DNA of 64,000 bases from an uncultured virus (IMG/VR IMGVR_UViG_3300049448_000779) (lineage: Duplodnaviria > Heunggongvirae > Uroviricota > Caudoviricetes): IMG/VR virus record IMGVR_UViG_3300049448_000779. One strand, written 5' to 3'. Both the position numbers and the translations under genes were made by a program. The notes below the pieces were generated by a model that did no database searches, was not told the origin of the DNA, and saw only the letters and a list, made by a program, of their open reading frames with translations. The stretch's first letter is position 1, and each line of letters begins with the position of its first letter. This document shows positions 62,582-64,000 of this stretch, piece by piece.

Positions 62582-64000
62582 GTAGCAAGGGGCTTTGGAG
62601 CCCCGAGTGATTGAAATATATAGCCGCGGATTGTCCGGATCCGGACGTCGAGGTAGCAAGGGGCTTTGGAGCCCCGAGTGATTGAAATGTGACCAGCTCA
62701 GCCTGCCTGGTTAGTTCCTCTAAGTAGCAAGGGGCTTTGGAGCCCCGAGTGATTGAAATGAGGGCGACCGACTGCATGAAGACGAGCGTCTTGAAGTAGC
62801 AAGGGGCTTTGGAGCCCCGAGTGATTGAAATGTCCTGGAGCGACCCACTGATCGGCTCGTATTCGCGCTTGTAGCAAGGGGCTTTGGAGCCCCGAGTGAT
62901 TGAAATAGGGCGGCGGTGGAACGGGCCAGTTCGAGGAAGTGGGTAGCAAGGGGCTTTGGAGCCGCGAGTGATTGAAATGCCGCGACCCCGGAAGGCTGCG
63001 TCCCGCAGGTCGACGTGTAGCAAGGGGCTTTGGAGCCCCGAGTGATTGAAATCTACCAGAGCCTGCGCGAGCGGCTCGAGCAGATCATCGTAGCAAGGGG
63101 CTTTGGAGCCCCGAGTGATTGAAATTCCAGCTCCCCCTTCACTTCATCGAGCCCAGCGACCGCGTCGTAGCAAGGGGCTTTAAGAGCCCCGATTGGTTGA
63201 AATTTGACGTAGTGCGTCTCGGCGATCTCAACCGAGTGCCCGGTAGCAGGGGACTGTGAGGCCCCGATTGGTTGAAATATCGATGGCCAGATTCTTGACC
63301 GCTTCCTCCGACCGCGTAGCAGGGGGCTGTGAGGCCCCGATTGGTTGAAATAACTCAAACGGATCACGCCGGACCCGAACACCCCAAGTAGCAGGGGGCT
63401 GTGAGGCCCCGATTGGTTGAAATGCGAGCACCCGGGAGCCAGCCTTCTTCGCACCCAGGTAGCAGGGGGCTGTGAGGCCCCGATTGGTTGAAATGCCGCA
63501 GGCGTCCTTCTGAACGCCGTCGACAACGGGAGTAGCAGGGGGCTGTGAGGCCCCCGATTGGTTGAAATCTCCGCGTGCGCGGCGTAACGAGCAACAAGCG
63601 GTGCGGGTAGCAGGGGGCTGTGAGGCCCCCGATTGGTTGAAATGGGAGGCCGTCTGCGAACCACTTTTGAGCGCCCCGCAGTAGCAGGGGGCTGTGAGGC
63701 CCGATTGGTTGAAATAACCTCTTCGGCGAGCTGGCCCTCGATCTCGACCTAGTAGCAGGGGGCTGTGAGGCCCCCGATTGGTTGAAATTTGAATGGTCAC
63801 GGTCGCATAGAGCGACTCAAACACGGGTAGCAGGGGGCTGTGAGGCCCCGATTGGTTGAAATAAGCGGACATCGAGCGAGTTGGTCTCGCAGTCGAGGTA
63901 GCAGGGGGCTGTGAGGCCCCGATTGGTTGAAATCCCGTGAAGGGGAGGACACGTTGTCCAGATTGGTTCGTAGCAGGGGGCTGTGAGGCCCCGATTGGTT
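62582..64000 (+). CRISPR. CRISPR array: 20 repeats (last truncated by window end), 19 spacers of 35-41 nt, two repeat types
   Basis: Repeats 1-8 GTAGCAAGGGGCTTTGGAGCCCCGAGTGATTGAAAT; repeat 9 hybrid; repeats 10-20 GTAGCAGGGGGCTGTGAGGCCCCGATTGGTTGAAAT; the TTGAAAT 3' end gives + orientation. Confidence 0.99.

Noticed and set aside
63532..63788. Repeats with 3 or 5 C instead of 4 as additional repeat types
   Set aside because: Homopolymer length variation; could be slippage or sequencing error
62093..63872. Minus-strand ORFs with repeated peptides (ISITRGSKAPCY, FNQSGPHSPLL)
   Set aside because: Translations of the CRISPR array
62618..63969. Self-targeting spacers within the window (e.g. spacer 9 vs the integrase at 1-606)
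   Set aside because: No match found by eye (the integrase reads LGHKRLETTTEY); an exhaustive search was not possible

Overview
GC-rich (~60%), densely packed, strand-switching array of mostly short hypothetical genes that looks like an accessory region of a large (huge/jumbo-type) phage or phage-like element. Some cargo genes point tentatively to a Myxococcota-like host. No capsid, terminase or polymerase gene is recognisable in the window. The main feature is a variant type I-C CRISPR-Cas locus at the right end (55412-64000): cas5c, cas8c (with a probable internal cas11c start), a 64-aa mini-paralog of the Cas7 core motif, cas7c, an HD-less non-Cas3 SF2 helicase, a translationally coupled protein with a SAM-methyltransferase-like motif pattern, and a small wHTH protein. 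These are followed by a boxA-containing, highly structured leader and an array of at least 20 repeats that switches between two repeat types. No cas1/2/3/4 is in the window. Other features: a 729-aa TnpB/Cas12m-like RuvC protein with an internal tandem 51-aa repeat and no adjacent array or transposase; two families of fixed-spacing putative leaderless promoters (GGTGTAR-N8-10-start, ~20 copies; TTGAAGWT-N14-YGTM-N8-ATG, 5-6 copies); a chromosomal-type parS site; a Walker-A-less RecA-like protein; an orphan HigA antitoxin; a tyrosine recombinase; paralogous zincin peptidases; and several repeat elements. All protein calls come from visual motif recognition, not database searches.
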